DNA from: Candidatus Dormiibacterota bacterium
GTDB lineage: Bacteria; Chloroflexota; Dormibacteria; Aeolococcales; Aeolococcaceae
Direction of reading: 5' to 3'
DNA: 64,000 nt
NCBI GenBank assembly: GCA_963718525.1
Contig: OY970355.1
Span: 3,168,001-3,232,000, forward strand
Both the position numbers and the translations under genes were made by a program. Positions 46,721-56,591 of the stretch are shown here, piece after piece; positions within the stretch are counted from its first letter, which is position 1, and each line of letters opens with the position of its first letter. The notes beneath the pieces were generated by a model, which worked only from the letters and a program-made list of their open reading frames with translations, did not search any database and had not been told where the DNA came from.

Positions 46721-49384
46721 ATGACAACGGCGGCAGAGGGCGAGACCAGCGAGCAGAGCGCGCGAGACACGGCGCGCCGAGAGATGCCCCGTGCGCTGCG
46801 CGAGGAGGTTCGCCTCGTGGGTGATGCGCTGGGCCACGTGATTGCCGAGCATGGCGGCGCGGCGCTCCTCGCCGACGTCGAGACACTGCGCAGGACCGTG
46901 ATCCGCGCACGAGCCGAGGGAGACATGCGCGGTGGGTATGCGAACGCGGCCGACGAGCTGGTGTCGTCGTGGTCCCTTGACCGTGCCGAAGAGGTTGCGC
47001 GTGCGTTCACGTGCTACTTCCACCTGGTCAATCTCGCCGAGGAGCGCTACCGCGCCGGGGCGCTTCGCGAGGCGGATGCCGGCGCCGGGGGAGGGGCGGG
47101 CGGGCTCGTTGCAGCGCTGGCGGCGGTGCGCACGGAGCTGGGCGCCGAGGGACTCGCCGAGCTCCTCACGACCCTGCGCGTCCACCCTGTCTTCACAGCC
47201 CATCCCACCGAAGCACGTCGACGCGCGGTGACCTCGGCGGTGCGGCGGGTCGGCGAGCAACTCGAACGAGTGATCGATCCGCGCGCTGCAATGTCAGCCC
47301 AACCCGAGGTATGGAGGCGACTGCTCGAGGAGGTCGACGGCCTCTGGCGCACTGCACAGTTGCGCAGCCAGGAATTGCGACCACTCGACGAGGTCCGCAC
47401 GCTCATGGGCGTGTTCGACGAGACACTCTTTCGCCTCGTGCCATCGGTCTACCGAGCGTTCAGCGCGAGTCTCGACCCCGCCGGTGGTGGTGCACAGCTC
47501 CCGATGTCGCCCGCATTTCTGCGATTCGGCAGCTGGGTCGGCGGGGATCGCGACGGCAACCCGCACGTCACCGCCCAGGTCACGCGGGAGACGATGCTCA
47601 TCCAGTCCGAGCACGTCCTGCGCGGACTGGAGACGGCCACGATGCGTATCGGCGGCGGTCTCACCGCCGACGTGGCGACGACGCCGCCGGATGCCGGCTT
47701 TCTCAACCGCCTGCGCTCGCTCCGTGACACCGTCGGTGCTCGTGCCGCGGGCATCGAGGAGCGGTCCCCCGGAGAGCCGTACCGTCAGTTCCTCCTGCTC
47801 GTCGCCGAGCGGATCCGTGCCACTCGTCGCGCGGACCTGTCGGTCGCATACGTGCGAGCGGATGAGCTGATCGATGACCTTCGCTGCCTGCAGGAGGCCC
47901 TGGTCGCGGGGGGCGCGCCGCGTCAGGCGCATGGAGAGCTGCACGGTCTCATCTGGCAGGCGCAGACCTTCGGCTTTCACCTCGCAGATCTGGAGATCCG
48001 CCAGCACAGTGGGGTGCATCGCACCGCGCTCGCAGAGATCGGATCCGGCGGCCCGCGCTCGCCCGAGACCGACGAGGTGCTTGCGACCCTGCGCACCATC
48101 GCGCTGCTGCAACAGCGGTTCGGCGCTCAGGCATGCCATCGGTACGTCGTGAGCTTCACGACGAGCGCCGAAGACATCGCCGCGGTGCACGCGCTCGCGG
48201 AGCGCGCAGGCGCGCCCAACCCTGCTCCCGAGCTCGACGTGGTTCCGCTGTTCGAAACGACTGCCGACCTCCGCAAGGCGCGCGAGGTCCTGGACCGGAT
48301 GCTCGAGCTCGAGCCGGTGCGGCGGCGCATGGCCGCGACCGGCCACGCGCTCGAGGTGATGCTCGGATACTCCGATTCAGCGAAGGAGAGCGGGCCGGTC
48401 GCCGCAACGCTCGCGCTCTACACGGCGCAGGCAGACCTCGCTGCCTGGGCAGCAGAACGCGGTGTCAAGCTCACGCTCTTCCACGGCCGGGGCGGTGCGC
48501 TTGGACGTGGAGGCGGTCCCGCAAACCGTGCTGTGATGGCGCAGGCGCCAGGATCGGTGGCGGGACGATTCAAGGTCACCGAACAGGGAGAGGTCATCTT
48601 CGCCCGCTATGGCAACCCCACCCTGGCCCAGCGCCATCTCGAGCAGGTGACGTCGGCGGTGCTCCTCACCTCTACGGCGGCGGCGCGGGGGCGGACCGCG
48701 CGGGCCGCGGTTCGCTACGAGACGCTCGCCCGAAACCTCGACGCCGCCGCGCGCTCCGCGTATCGCAAGCTCATCGACATCGACGGGTTTGCGGCGTACT
48801 TCGCCGAGGTGACACCCGTCCGCGAGCTCGCTCGACTGCACCTTGGATCACGTCCGGCGAGCCGCGGCGGTGACGGCACGCTGGCATCGCTGCGCGCGAT
48901 TCCCTGGGTGTTCGCGTGGGCACAGATCCGGCTCAACCTTCCTGGCTGGTACGGGCTGGGAAGCGCGCTTGCCGGACAAGATGTCGAGGAGCTCCGGGTC
49001 GCGTATCAGGAGTGGCCGCTGCTGAGCGCGCTCATCGACAACGCGGAGATGAGCCTCGCCAAGACCGATCGCTTCATGGCCGCAGACTACCTTCGGCTCG
49101 GGAGCCAGCCGCACATCGCGGCTCTGATCCTGGCGGAATACGACCGCACGAGGGAGCAGATCCTCGCCGTCACCGATCAGGCCCGTCTGCTCGAGAAGCG
49201 CCGCGTCCTGTCCTGGGCTGTGGAGCTGCGCAACCCATACATCGACGCGCTCTGCCATCTCCAGCTTCGCGCCCTGCGCGCCCTGCGCAGTGGCGACGCA
49301 ACCGATGCCAATCGAGGCCGCCTGGAGCAGCTCCTGCTGCTCACCGTCAACGGGATCGCCGCCGGGTTGCAGAACACCGGATGA
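46721..49384 (+). CDS. ppc: Phosphoenolpyruvate carboxylase
   Basis: VFTAHPTE, SWVGGDRDGNP, VPLFET, VMLGYSDSAK, FHGRGG, TEQGE, LRAIPWVF, GIAAGLQNTG. Confidence 0.96.
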   Translation: MTTAAEGETSEQSARDTARREMPRALREEVRLVGDALGHVIAEHGGAALLADVETLRRTVIRARAEGDMRGGYANAADELVSSWSLDRAEEVARAFTCYFHLVNLAEERYRAGALREADAGAGGGAGGLVAALAAVRTELGAEGLAELLTTLRVHPVFTAHPTEARRRAVTSAVRRVGEQLERVIDPRAAMSAQPEVWRRLLEEVDGLWRTAQLRSQELRPLDEVRTLMGVFDETLFRLVPSVYRAFSASLDPAGGGAQLPMSPAFLRFGSWVGGDRDGNPHVTAQVTRETMLIQSEHVLRGLETATMRIGGGLTADVATTPPDAGFLNRLRSLRDTVGARAAGIEERSPGEPYRQFLLLVAERIRATRRADLSVAYVRADELIDDLRCLQEALVAGGAPRQAHGELHGLIWQAQTFGFHLADLEIRQHSGVHRTALAEIGSGGPRSPETDEVLATLRTIALLQQRFGAQACHRYVVSFTTSAEDIAAVHALAERAGAPNPAPELDVVPLFETTADLRKAREVLDRMLELEPVRRRMAATGHALEVMLGYSDSAKESGPVAATLALYTAQADLAAWAAERGVKLTLFHGRGGALGRGGGPANRAVMAQAPGSVAGRFKVTEQGEVIFARYGNPTLAQRHLEQVTSAVLLTSTAAARGRTARAAVRYETLARNLDAAARSAYRKLIDIDGFAAYFAEVTPVRELARLHLGSRPASRGGDGTLASLRAIPWVFAWAQIRLNLPGWYGLGSALAGQDVEELRVAYQEWPLLSALIDNAEMSLAKTDRFMAADYLRLGSQPHIAALILAEYDRTREQILAVTDQARLLEKRRVLSWAVELRNPYIDALCHLQLRALRALRSGDATDANRGRLEQLLLLTVNGIAAGLQNTG

Positions 49385-49476
49385 CACCAGCGGCCGGCAA
49401 TCCGGCGTCCAACGCCGAGCAGCGCGACGTACCCCGATAATCCGGACGTGGCAGACGACCCGCAGGCAGCGCTCCC

Positions 49477-50364
49477 TTGAAGGTCGGGTTCATCGGGATC
49501 GGGAAGATGGGCCGGCCGATGGCCGACAGGCTGCTCATGGCCGGCCACGAGGTCGCCGTCTGCAACCGCTCGGCGAACGAGGGCGTGCAATCCCTGCGCG
49601 CCAAAGGCGCGACGGTGTTCGCAACCCCCGCTGAGCTGGCAGCCGTCTCGGATTTCGTCCTGACCGCGCTGCCGACGGAGGACGCGGTGCGGCAGGTCTT
49701 CGCGGAGATGACGGGGGTCGCCCACGCCGGTCAGGTCTACGTCGATCACTCGACGGTGAGCCCGGCGTTGAACCGGCAATGCGCCGAGCACCTGTCGACG
49801 CACGACGCCGCGTTCCTCGACGCACCCGTGTCGGGAGGACCGGCCGGAGCCGAAGCCGGCACGCTGACGGTGATGGTGGGCGGTGACCAGTCGACCTTCA
49901 ACCGCGCGCTTCCAGTCCTCGAGTCGTTCGGGAGCAAGATCCGTCGCTGCGGACCGGTTGGCTCCGGCCAGGCGATCAAGCTCGTCAACCAGTACCTGGT
50001 GGGCGTGCATACCTTCGCGGCCTCGGAAGCCGCGGCATTTGCGCTGCAGCTCGGCGCCGATCTCAGCACCGTCCAGGATGTCGTTGGAACGTCCTTCGGT
50101 AGCTCGACGATGCTGCTGCGCAACCTGCCGCGCTACATCACTCGCGACTTCAGTCCGGCAACGCCGGTGGCGTTGATCGCGAAGGACCTGTCGATCATCC
50201 ACGCTGAGGCGGTCGCCGCAGGGGTTCCGCTCTTCCTGGGTGGGCTCGTCGAGCAGTGGTACCTCGAAGCCAAGGCTCGCGGTTGGGCAGGAGAGGACAT
50301 GGCGGCGCTCGTGAAGTTCTGGGATCGCGAGACCGAGCCGGACGGCACCGCCCAGGCGGGCTGA
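49477..50364 (+). CDS. Beta-hydroxyacid dehydrogenase (tartronate semialdehyde reductase / HIBADH family)
   Basis: VGFIGIGKMG, DHSTVSP, LDAPVSGG, GQAIKLVNQ, KDL. Confidence 0.88.
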   Translation: MKVGFIGIGKMGRPMADRLLMAGHEVAVCNRSANEGVQSLRAKGATVFATPAELAAVSDFVLTALPTEDAVRQVFAEMTGVAHAGQVYVDHSTVSPALNRQCAEHLSTHDAAFLDAPVSGGPAGAEAGTLTVMVGGDQSTFNRALPVLESFGSKIRRCGPVGSGQAIKLVNQYLVGVHTFAASEAAAFALQLGADLSTVQDVVGTSFGSSTMLLRNLPRYITRDFSPATPVALIAKDLSIIHAEAVAAGVPLFLGGLVEQWYLEAKARGWAGEDMAALVKFWDRETEPDGTAQAG

Positions 50365-50365
50365 C

Positions 50366-51154
50366 GTGCTCCGTTTCGCGGCCAACCTGACGATGCTGTG
50401 GCAGGAGCTGGACCCGTTCCAACGGTTCGAGGCCGCCGCGTCAGCCGGATTCACCCGCGTTGAGATGCTGTTCCCGCATGAGCTCGACGCGGATCGGCTC
50501 GAATCAACCCTCGACGTCCTCGGCCTCCACATGGTCGTGTTCGATCCGGCACCGGGGGACTGGGCCGGCGGGGAGCGCGGGCTGCTGACACTCCCGGGAC
50601 GCGAGGAGGAGTTCCTCCATACGGTGGGTGAGGCGATCGGTCTGGCGAAACGGCTCGGGACCTCGAGGCTCAACGCGCTGGTGGGGGTGCCTCCGGCTGG
50701 CGTGAGCAGCGATCAGGCTCGTGATACCGCGGTTGCGAACCTCACGCGGGTGGCGCCGATGGCGCAGGAGGCGGGCATCACGTTGCTCGTCGAGGCGATC
50801 AACAACATCGACATGCCCGGCTACTGGGCGAGCAACGTTTCACTGGCGGCAGGCCTGGTGGAGACCGTCAAGCATCCGAGCCTCCGGCTGCAACTCGACC
50901 AGTATCACGCCGCGATGGCGGGCGACGATCCCATCGAGTGCCTGCACACGTACCTTCCCCTGATCGCTCACGTCCAGATCGCTGACGTGCCGGGACGGCA
51001 CGAACCCGGTACCGGGACGCAGCCCATCGGCGATTTTCTCAGTGAGCTCGACCGTTCCGGGTATGGAGGCGTCGTGGGCCTCGAATATCGACCGCTCGTC
51101 GATACCGCATCGAGCTTCGAGTGGATGCACACCCTGGGCCTGCGCCGGGATTAG
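50366..51154 (+). CDS. hyi: Hydroxypyruvate isomerase family protein
   Basis: RFAANLTML, GDWAGGERG, EAIN, DQYH, HVQIADVPGRHEPGTG, GLEYRP. Confidence 0.9.
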   Translation: MLRFAANLTMLWQELDPFQRFEAAASAGFTRVEMLFPHELDADRLESTLDVLGLHMVVFDPAPGDWAGGERGLLTLPGREEEFLHTVGEAIGLAKRLGTSRLNALVGVPPAGVSSDQARDTAVANLTRVAPMAQEAGITLLVEAINNIDMPGYWASNVSLAAGLVETVKHPSLRLQLDQYHAAMAGDDPIECLHTYLPLIAHVQIADVPGRHEPGTGTQPIGDFLSELDRSGYGGVVGLEYRPLVDTASSFEWMHTLGLRRD

Positions 51155-52350
51155 GGGGCGGGCGCGCGCCGATCCCGAGGGACGTGTTCGACGGCGCGGC
51201 GTGCGGCACGGCGCAGCAGCGCCCTGGTGTGGCGCATCGGGTCGAGGTCGCCATCGAACCCTTCGAGAGAGATCGCGGCGCTGAAGAGCTGGGGCAGCGG
51301 ATCAGCGACGCTGCCCGCAATGGCGATGCACGGGATCCCGTGCCGGTGCGACCTTGCTGCGACCTCGGCCGGCGCCTTGCCGGTCAGCGTCTGGCTGTCC
51401 AGGCAGCCCTCGCCGGTGATGGCGACGCTCGCCGTTCCCAGCGTGGCATCGAGGCCGACCATCTCGCAGACGAGGCCGGCCCCCGCCTCCAGCCGGGCCC
51501 CAGCGAGCGCGAGGCCGAATCCGCATCCACCCGCGGCGCCCGACCCCGGTACCCGTGAGACGTCGCCGCGGCTCAGCCCTGAGGCCACGAGTGCGAAGTG
51601 CGTCAGCGCTCGCTCGAGGCGCAGCACGTCGTCAGGGCTCGCGCCCTTCTGTGGCGCAAACATTCGTGCCGGGCCTGCCGCTCCCAGGAGTGGGCTCCGG
51701 ATGTCGCACGCGACCGCGATCGAGCATCGAGACAACGCGTTGAGCAGCGGCGAGAGGTCGATGGTGGCGACGTCGTCGAGGCCCGCACCTCCCGGACCGA
51801 TCTCCTGGCCCCGCGGGCCGAGAAGGCGGCCGCCCAGCGCCTGGAGCAGCCCGGCACCCCCGTCGGTACAGGCGCTGCCGCCCACGCCGACAATGATCTC
51901 CGTCGCGCCGGCGTCGAGCGCGATCCGGATCAGCTCGCCGGTGCCGCGCGACGTTGCGTGGAGTGCGTCGTGTTGACCTGGAGCGAGACGCCGCAGTCCG
52001 GACGCCTCCGCCAGCTCCACGACCACCCGGTGGGGTCCGATCCATCCCAGCCGTGCGTTGACCGGCCTCCCGATGGGACCGGTGACCCGGTGCTGCGTGA
52101 CCCGTGCGCCGGATCCGCGCCACGCGAGCAGCACGTCCAGCGTGCCGTCACCCCCGTCGGCGATCGGTACCTCGATCGCATCCCAGCCCGCATCGCGGAC
52201 GCCCCGCGCGATCGCCATCGCTGCTGCGGCAGCACCGATCGTGCCCTTGAATGCATTCGGCGCGCACACCGCGACCGGCCTCGCCCCGTGAGCACCGCCG
52301 GGAGCAGGCGGAACGGCTCGACGCATCGGCGTCCATGGTGAGGAATCCAC
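51151..52350 (-). CDS. glxK: Glycerate kinase (GlxK/GarK family)
   Basis: APNAFKGT, PIADGGDG, GVGGSACTDGG, FAPQKGA, GSGAAGG, ITGEGCLDSQTLTGK. The true start may be slightly downstream. Confidence 0.9.
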   Translation of the reverse strand: MDSSPWTPMRRAVPPAPGGAHGARPVAVCAPNAFKGTIGAAAAAMAIARGVRDAGWDAIEVPIADGGDGTLDVLLAWRGSGARVTQHRVTGPIGRPVNARLGWIGPHRVVVELAEASGLRRLAPGQHDALHATSRGTGELIRIALDAGATEIIVGVGGSACTDGGAGLLQALGGRLLGPRGQEIGPGGAGLDDVATIDLSPLLNALSRCSIAVACDIRSPLLGAAGPARMFAPQKGASPDDVLRLERALTHFALVASGLSRGDVSRVPGSGAAGGCGFGLALAGARLEAGAGLVCEMVGLDATLGTASVAITGEGCLDSQTLTGKAPAEVAARSHRHGIPCIAIAGSVADPLPQLFSAAISLEGFDGDLDPMRHTRALLRRAARRAVEHVPRDRRAPAP

Positions 52351-52378
52351 GGCTCCATGCGAAGGTCAGAATGGTCCC

Positions 52379-53629
52379 GTGACCAGCCGGGCCATGACTG
52401 CGGGAGTCGGCGTGGCATTTGTGGCCGCATCGATCGTCAGTCCGCTGGTGCTGAAGACGACTCCGTCGGACCTCGATCTGTATTTCTGGCCATCGGCCGA
52501 GACCGTGGTCAACGGCCATCCGCTGCTCATCTATGCGGCTCACGTCCACGACGTGTATCCCAATGCCAATGGCCCGCTTGGCCTGGTTCCCCTCATCCCG
52601 GTCGTGGCCCTTGCCGATGCGCTCGGGTGGGCGAGCAGCCTTGCCGGTCGCGCCTCGATGGCCGGAGCGGTCGTGTCACTCGCCGTCCTGCTGCTCGCAT
52701 ACCAGGTGGTCGGTTTCGCCGCGAGTGCACGAGGGGGAGTTCGACACCCGCTCGGCATCGCGTCCACCGTGCTCCTTGCGCCGGCACTGTGGATCGCGGT
52801 CCTCGACTACGGCCATGTGGAGCAGCCGATCGAGCTGTGCCTGGTCCTCTTCGCACTGAGCAGCCTGCTCAGCGACAGGAATGTGTCGTCAGGGATCGCT
52901 CTTGGGGCCGCGGTGCTCACCCGCACCATCGCGGGATTCTGCCTGATCCCTCTGATCTTCGCTGCGCTCGCGACGCGGCGGATTCGACCGGCGGCGACGA
53001 TCGTCCTCGCCGCGGCCGCCACCATAGGTGCCGGCATCCTCCCGTTCTTCCTCGCCGACGCCAACGCTGTCACGCATGCGCTGATCACGTACCGGGGAAG
53101 TCTTCCGATCGGCGGGGGGTCCTTCCTGGTCGTTGCGCGCGAGGCCGCGTGGGCGGGCCTCGTCAAGGGAGGTGACGCGTACCTCGCCGTGGCGGTCGCG
53201 ATCGCGCTGACGGGACTGACACTGCTGCGGAAGCCGGCCCTCGCGACAACCCATGCCGGGCTCGCCGGCCTGGTCACGGTCGCGTCGTGCTGCTTCCCGC
53301 TCTTCGCCAAGACGGTTTTTCCGTATTACCTCCTCGAGCCGTATGTGTTCGCCACGTTGTGGTGGCTGGCGCGCCCGGGCAGCGCCCGCACGTGGCGAGC
53401 GGTGGTTCCGGGGTTGCTCACGATCGATGTCTTCATCGTCAAGGCGGCGTCGATATCGCCGTTCAGCGCATGGGGCATCGTTGCCGGGATCACCTCGTCG
53501 GCAACGGTGGCCATCGCGGTGGCGCTCGTGACCTTCGATCTGCTCCGCTCTCCGGAGCACGCCGTGGATCATGTGGTTCAGCGTGTGCACAGTCCTCAAA
53601 CGCGTCCGGCCGCCCAGGAGGCGCGGTAG
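52379..53629 (+). CDS. Polytopic membrane protein, GT-C (GT87-like) glycosyltransferase candidate
   Basis: About 10 TM segments; N-terminal D(L)xxYF..A...G.P..Y loop, YGHVE, PYY motif. Confidence 0.6.
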   Translation: MTSRAMTAGVGVAFVAASIVSPLVLKTTPSDLDLYFWPSAETVVNGHPLLIYAAHVHDVYPNANGPLGLVPLIPVVALADALGWASSLAGRASMAGAVVSLAVLLLAYQVVGFAASARGGVRHPLGIASTVLLAPALWIAVLDYGHVEQPIELCLVLFALSSLLSDRNVSSGIALGAAVLTRTIAGFCLIPLIFAALATRRIRPAATIVLAAAATIGAGILPFFLADANAVTHALITYRGSLPIGGGSFLVVAREAAWAGLVKGGDAYLAVAVAIALTGLTLLRKPALATTHAGLAGLVTVASCCFPLFAKTVFPYYLLEPYVFATLWWLARPGSARTWRAVVPGLLTIDVFIVKAASISPFSAWGIVAGITSSATVAIAVALVTFDLLRSPEHAVDHVVQRVHSPQTRPAAQEAR

Positions 53630-54328
53630 GTGCCGCCCGAGCGCGGTCGCTTTCTGCTCCTCGGCTCCGGGGAGTTCGAGCCGTGGGCGGCGGACGCCGA
53701 GCGATTCGCGCTCGCCGGCGCCGTGGGCGACGGGTCGGTCGCCGTCCTCGCAACCGCGAGTGGACGCGAGGGCGAGGCCGTCTTCGAGCGATGGACGAGT
53801 CTCGGGCTGGCCCATTACGAGTCGCTCGATATCCGGGCGCACGCACTCCGGGTGCGCTCTCGCGTCGACGCACTCGCTGTGGGCACGTCGAGCCGGCTCG
53901 ACGAGGTGAGCATGGTCTTCTTCAGCGGCGGCAGCCCGAAATACCTCGCTCAGACGATCGCTGGAACTCCGTTGTGGGATGCCGTGCTGCGGCTCATCGA
54001 ACGCGGCGGTGTCTTTGGTGGATGCAGCGCGGGCGCGATGGTTGCCGGAATCTCGCGCATGCCGTTTCCGTTCGGGAGCGGGCTCGATCTGCTGCCGGGC
54101 ACCGCTGTGGGCGTCCATTGGGACGCCCTGTCGGGTTGGTGGATCCGCTGGCTGCGCGACCTGGCACCGCGGCGTCTGCCATCCCAGGTGAGCTTTTTCG
54201 GAATCGCCGAACACACGGCGATCGCGTCGGACGGCGATGCCTGGCACGTCTTCGGATCCGGCGTGGTCGACGTGCGACGGGGCTCCGAGCGGCATGCCGC
54301 TACGGCCGGCGAGCGATTCCCGAGGTAG
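53630..54328 (+). CDS. Peptidase S51 (cyanophycinase / peptidase E-like)
   Basis: LLGSGEF, ATAS, FFSGGSP, GCSAGAM nucleophile elbow, VHW, GIAEHTA. Confidence 0.82.
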   Translation: MPPERGRFLLLGSGEFEPWAADAERFALAGAVGDGSVAVLATASGREGEAVFERWTSLGLAHYESLDIRAHALRVRSRVDALAVGTSSRLDEVSMVFFSGGSPKYLAQTIAGTPLWDAVLRLIERGGVFGGCSAGAMVAGISRMPFPFGSGLDLLPGTAVGVHWDALSGWWIRWLRDLAPRRLPSQVSFFGIAEHTAIASDGDAWHVFGSGVVDVRRGSERHAATAGERFPR

Positions 54329-54491
54329 GGAGCGTCCCACCGGTGGCATGCCGCTTTGGGGGCGGCTGCAAGGACGGATTTTGCAGAATGCTGGCGTGGT
54401 TCCCCTTCGTCACCGCCTAAACCGCGCCGATTCGAGCGCGCCGACAGCCGCGTCCACGCGCCGCAATCCGGGCCTCCGCGGTTCGACGAGG

Positions 54492-55568
54492 ATGGTCACC
54501 CGCCCGCGCCTGGTCGCGGCGCTGTGCGTCGCCACCCTGACGGCCTGTTCAGCACCGGTCGCGTCCGTCGCCACGTCGACGGTGCGAGCAACGGCCAGCC
54601 CTTCATCGAGCGCAACACCATCTGCGGCGCCGACCCTGGCGCCGCCATCCCCGAGCAGATTGCCGGGAGCATCGTTCGCGCTCCCCCCGCTCCCGGCGGG
54701 TGTGCCCTTCACCGGCAAGCTGCTCATCGCGGATCGCGGCAATGGCCGGATCATCGAGATCACCCCGAATGGCCAGGTCGATTGGGTGTTTCCCCGGCCC
54801 GGACAGAAGCTGCCGGTGCCGTTCGGAGCACCCGACGACGCGTTCTACACGGCTGACGGCACGACGATCATCGCCAACGCCGAGGGCCGTCAGACCGTCA
54901 CGGCGATTGACAGGGCGACCGGAACAATCCTCTGGCAGGTTGGTCACTACAACGTCCGCAGCAGCGCGGCCGGCTATTTCAACGAGCCCGACGACGCCGT
55001 GCCGCAGCCGGATGGGACGATCTGGGTGGCCGACATCCGCAACTGCCGCCTGGTGCATCTCAGCGCCACCGGCGCGTGGTTGGGAACCCTGGGAAACCGT
55101 TCGTGCCGGCACCGGCCGCCGGTGAGTTTCGCCGAGCCAAACGGTGCCTTTGCGACCGCGGGTGGATCCCTCATCGTCACTGAGATCGGCGGCAGCTGGG
55201 TCACATCACTGGTACCGGGGGGCGCGGTTGCCTGGTCGGTTCGAGCACCGGTGCGCTACCCGTCCGACGCGATGCAGATGTCCGACGGTTCGATCCTCCT
55301 GACCGATTACTCGCTCCCGGGCGCCGTCGTACGCCTCAGCAGCACCGGCAGAACCCTCTGGTACTACCGACCGACCGGCGCCGCGGAGCTCAACCACACG
55401 TCAATCGCCATACCGATCGCAAGCAATCGCATCGCGATCTGTGACGACTTCCACAGCCGGATCACCATCGTCGATCCCGCAACCAATCAGGTCATCTGGA
55501 CATTCACGGGGACCGGCTCGTCTCGCCTCTTCTATCCCGACGGCATCGACTACGAACCTCCCCAGTGA
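54492..55568 (+). CDS. Beta-propeller lipoprotein (PQQ/NHL-like)
   Basis: Lipobox LTAC; S/T/P-rich linker; repeats LLIADRGNGRIIEI, PDDA, WVADIRNCR, ICDDFHSRI. Confidence 0.8.
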   Translation: MVTRPRLVAALCVATLTACSAPVASVATSTVRATASPSSSATPSAAPTLAPPSPSRLPGASFALPPLPAGVPFTGKLLIADRGNGRIIEITPNGQVDWVFPRPGQKLPVPFGAPDDAFYTADGTTIIANAEGRQTVTAIDRATGTILWQVGHYNVRSSAAGYFNEPDDAVPQPDGTIWVADIRNCRLVHLSATGAWLGTLGNRSCRHRPPVSFAEPNGAFATAGGSLIVTEIGGSWVTSLVPGGAVAWSVRAPVRYPSDAMQMSDGSILLTDYSLPGAVVRLSSTGRTLWYYRPTGAAELNHTSIAIPIASNRIAICDDFHSRITIVDPATNQVIWTFTGTGSSRLFYPDGIDYEPPQ

Positions 55569-55575
55569 CGGTGCC

Positions 55576-56571
55576 GTGGCGGCATCCTGGCACAGCGGGT
55601 GTCGGGCGACGCTGACAGGTCGCAGAGGGGGATCACAGTCGCGGCACTTCAGCTTGGCCTGCGCCGCGGTGATCACATTCGCCCTCACCGGCTGCACGAG
55701 CGCGGTCACCACGCACACGTCGCCGGCGCCCACCCCGAGTCCGCCGCCACCGACTGCAGCTGTGACACCGATGTCCACACCGGCCGTCAGCACGACGCTC
55801 GCCAGCTGCACCCCGGCGGTGACACGAGCGGCGCTCCACATGGTGCATCACTTCAGCGTCTCGCCGGACGACATCGCCGTCGATGCTGCCGGCCGCCTCT
55901 GGGTCAGCGCACGCGAGGCGAATCAGCTGATCAGCATGAATCCCGATGGTACCGGCGTCGCCACGATGACGGTGACCGGCGGACCCGAGGGCGTCGCCAT
56001 AGCAGGCTCGCGGGTCTACGTCGCGCAGCAGAACGTCAATGCCATCGCGCAGGTCACGCCGCAGCGCAGCACTGTGACGACCTTTCCGAACCACACAGCC
56101 AACGCGGGGATCGACGGCATCGCTGCCGGCGCGACCGGTCAGACGCTGCTCGTCCCTGACAGTCCCAACGGCATGCTCCTCGAGCTCGCGCTCGGCTCGC
56201 CTCCGACGACGCGGGTGATCGCCACTCATCTCGGCCGACCGGTGTCGGCGGCTGCGGGATCGGGCGGGGAGATCTTCGTCGCGAGCGAATCGTCCCCCGG
56301 ACTCGTCGTGATCACCCCGGAGGGGAATGTGCGGAAGATCGGCGGCTTCACCGATCTCGACGAGGTCGTCGGATATCGCGGCCTGCTGTACGTCACCGAG
56401 TTGAACCGCCATGACGTGGTCGCCGTCGATCCAACATCGGGTGCGTCCGTCGTCCTTGCGACCGACCTTCCGGCGCCTCAAGGGCTGGCGGTCACCGCCG
56501 GTGGGACCCTGGAGATCGTTGATTCCACGACCGCGGCGCTCTACTCCCTTCCAGCGTGCGGAGTCGCATAG
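55576..56571 (+). CDS. Beta-propeller lipoprotein (NHL/SMP-30-like)
   Basis: Lipobox LTGC; P/T-rich linker; PDDIAVD, PEGVA, IDGIA, PQGLAV repeats. Start uncertain. Confidence 0.75.
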   Translation: MAASWHSGCRATLTGRRGGSQSRHFSLACAAVITFALTGCTSAVTTHTSPAPTPSPPPPTAAVTPMSTPAVSTTLASCTPAVTRAALHMVHHFSVSPDDIAVDAAGRLWVSAREANQLISMNPDGTGVATMTVTGGPEGVAIAGSRVYVAQQNVNAIAQVTPQRSTVTTFPNHTANAGIDGIAAGATGQTLLVPDSPNGMLLELALGSPPTTRVIATHLGRPVSAAAGSGGEIFVASESSPGLVVITPEGNVRKIGGFTDLDEVVGYRGLLYVTELNRHDVVAVDPTSGASVVLATDLPAPQGLAVTAGGTLEIVDSTTAALYSLPACGVA

Positions 56572-56591
56572 CGACGATACCGACACTCGGG

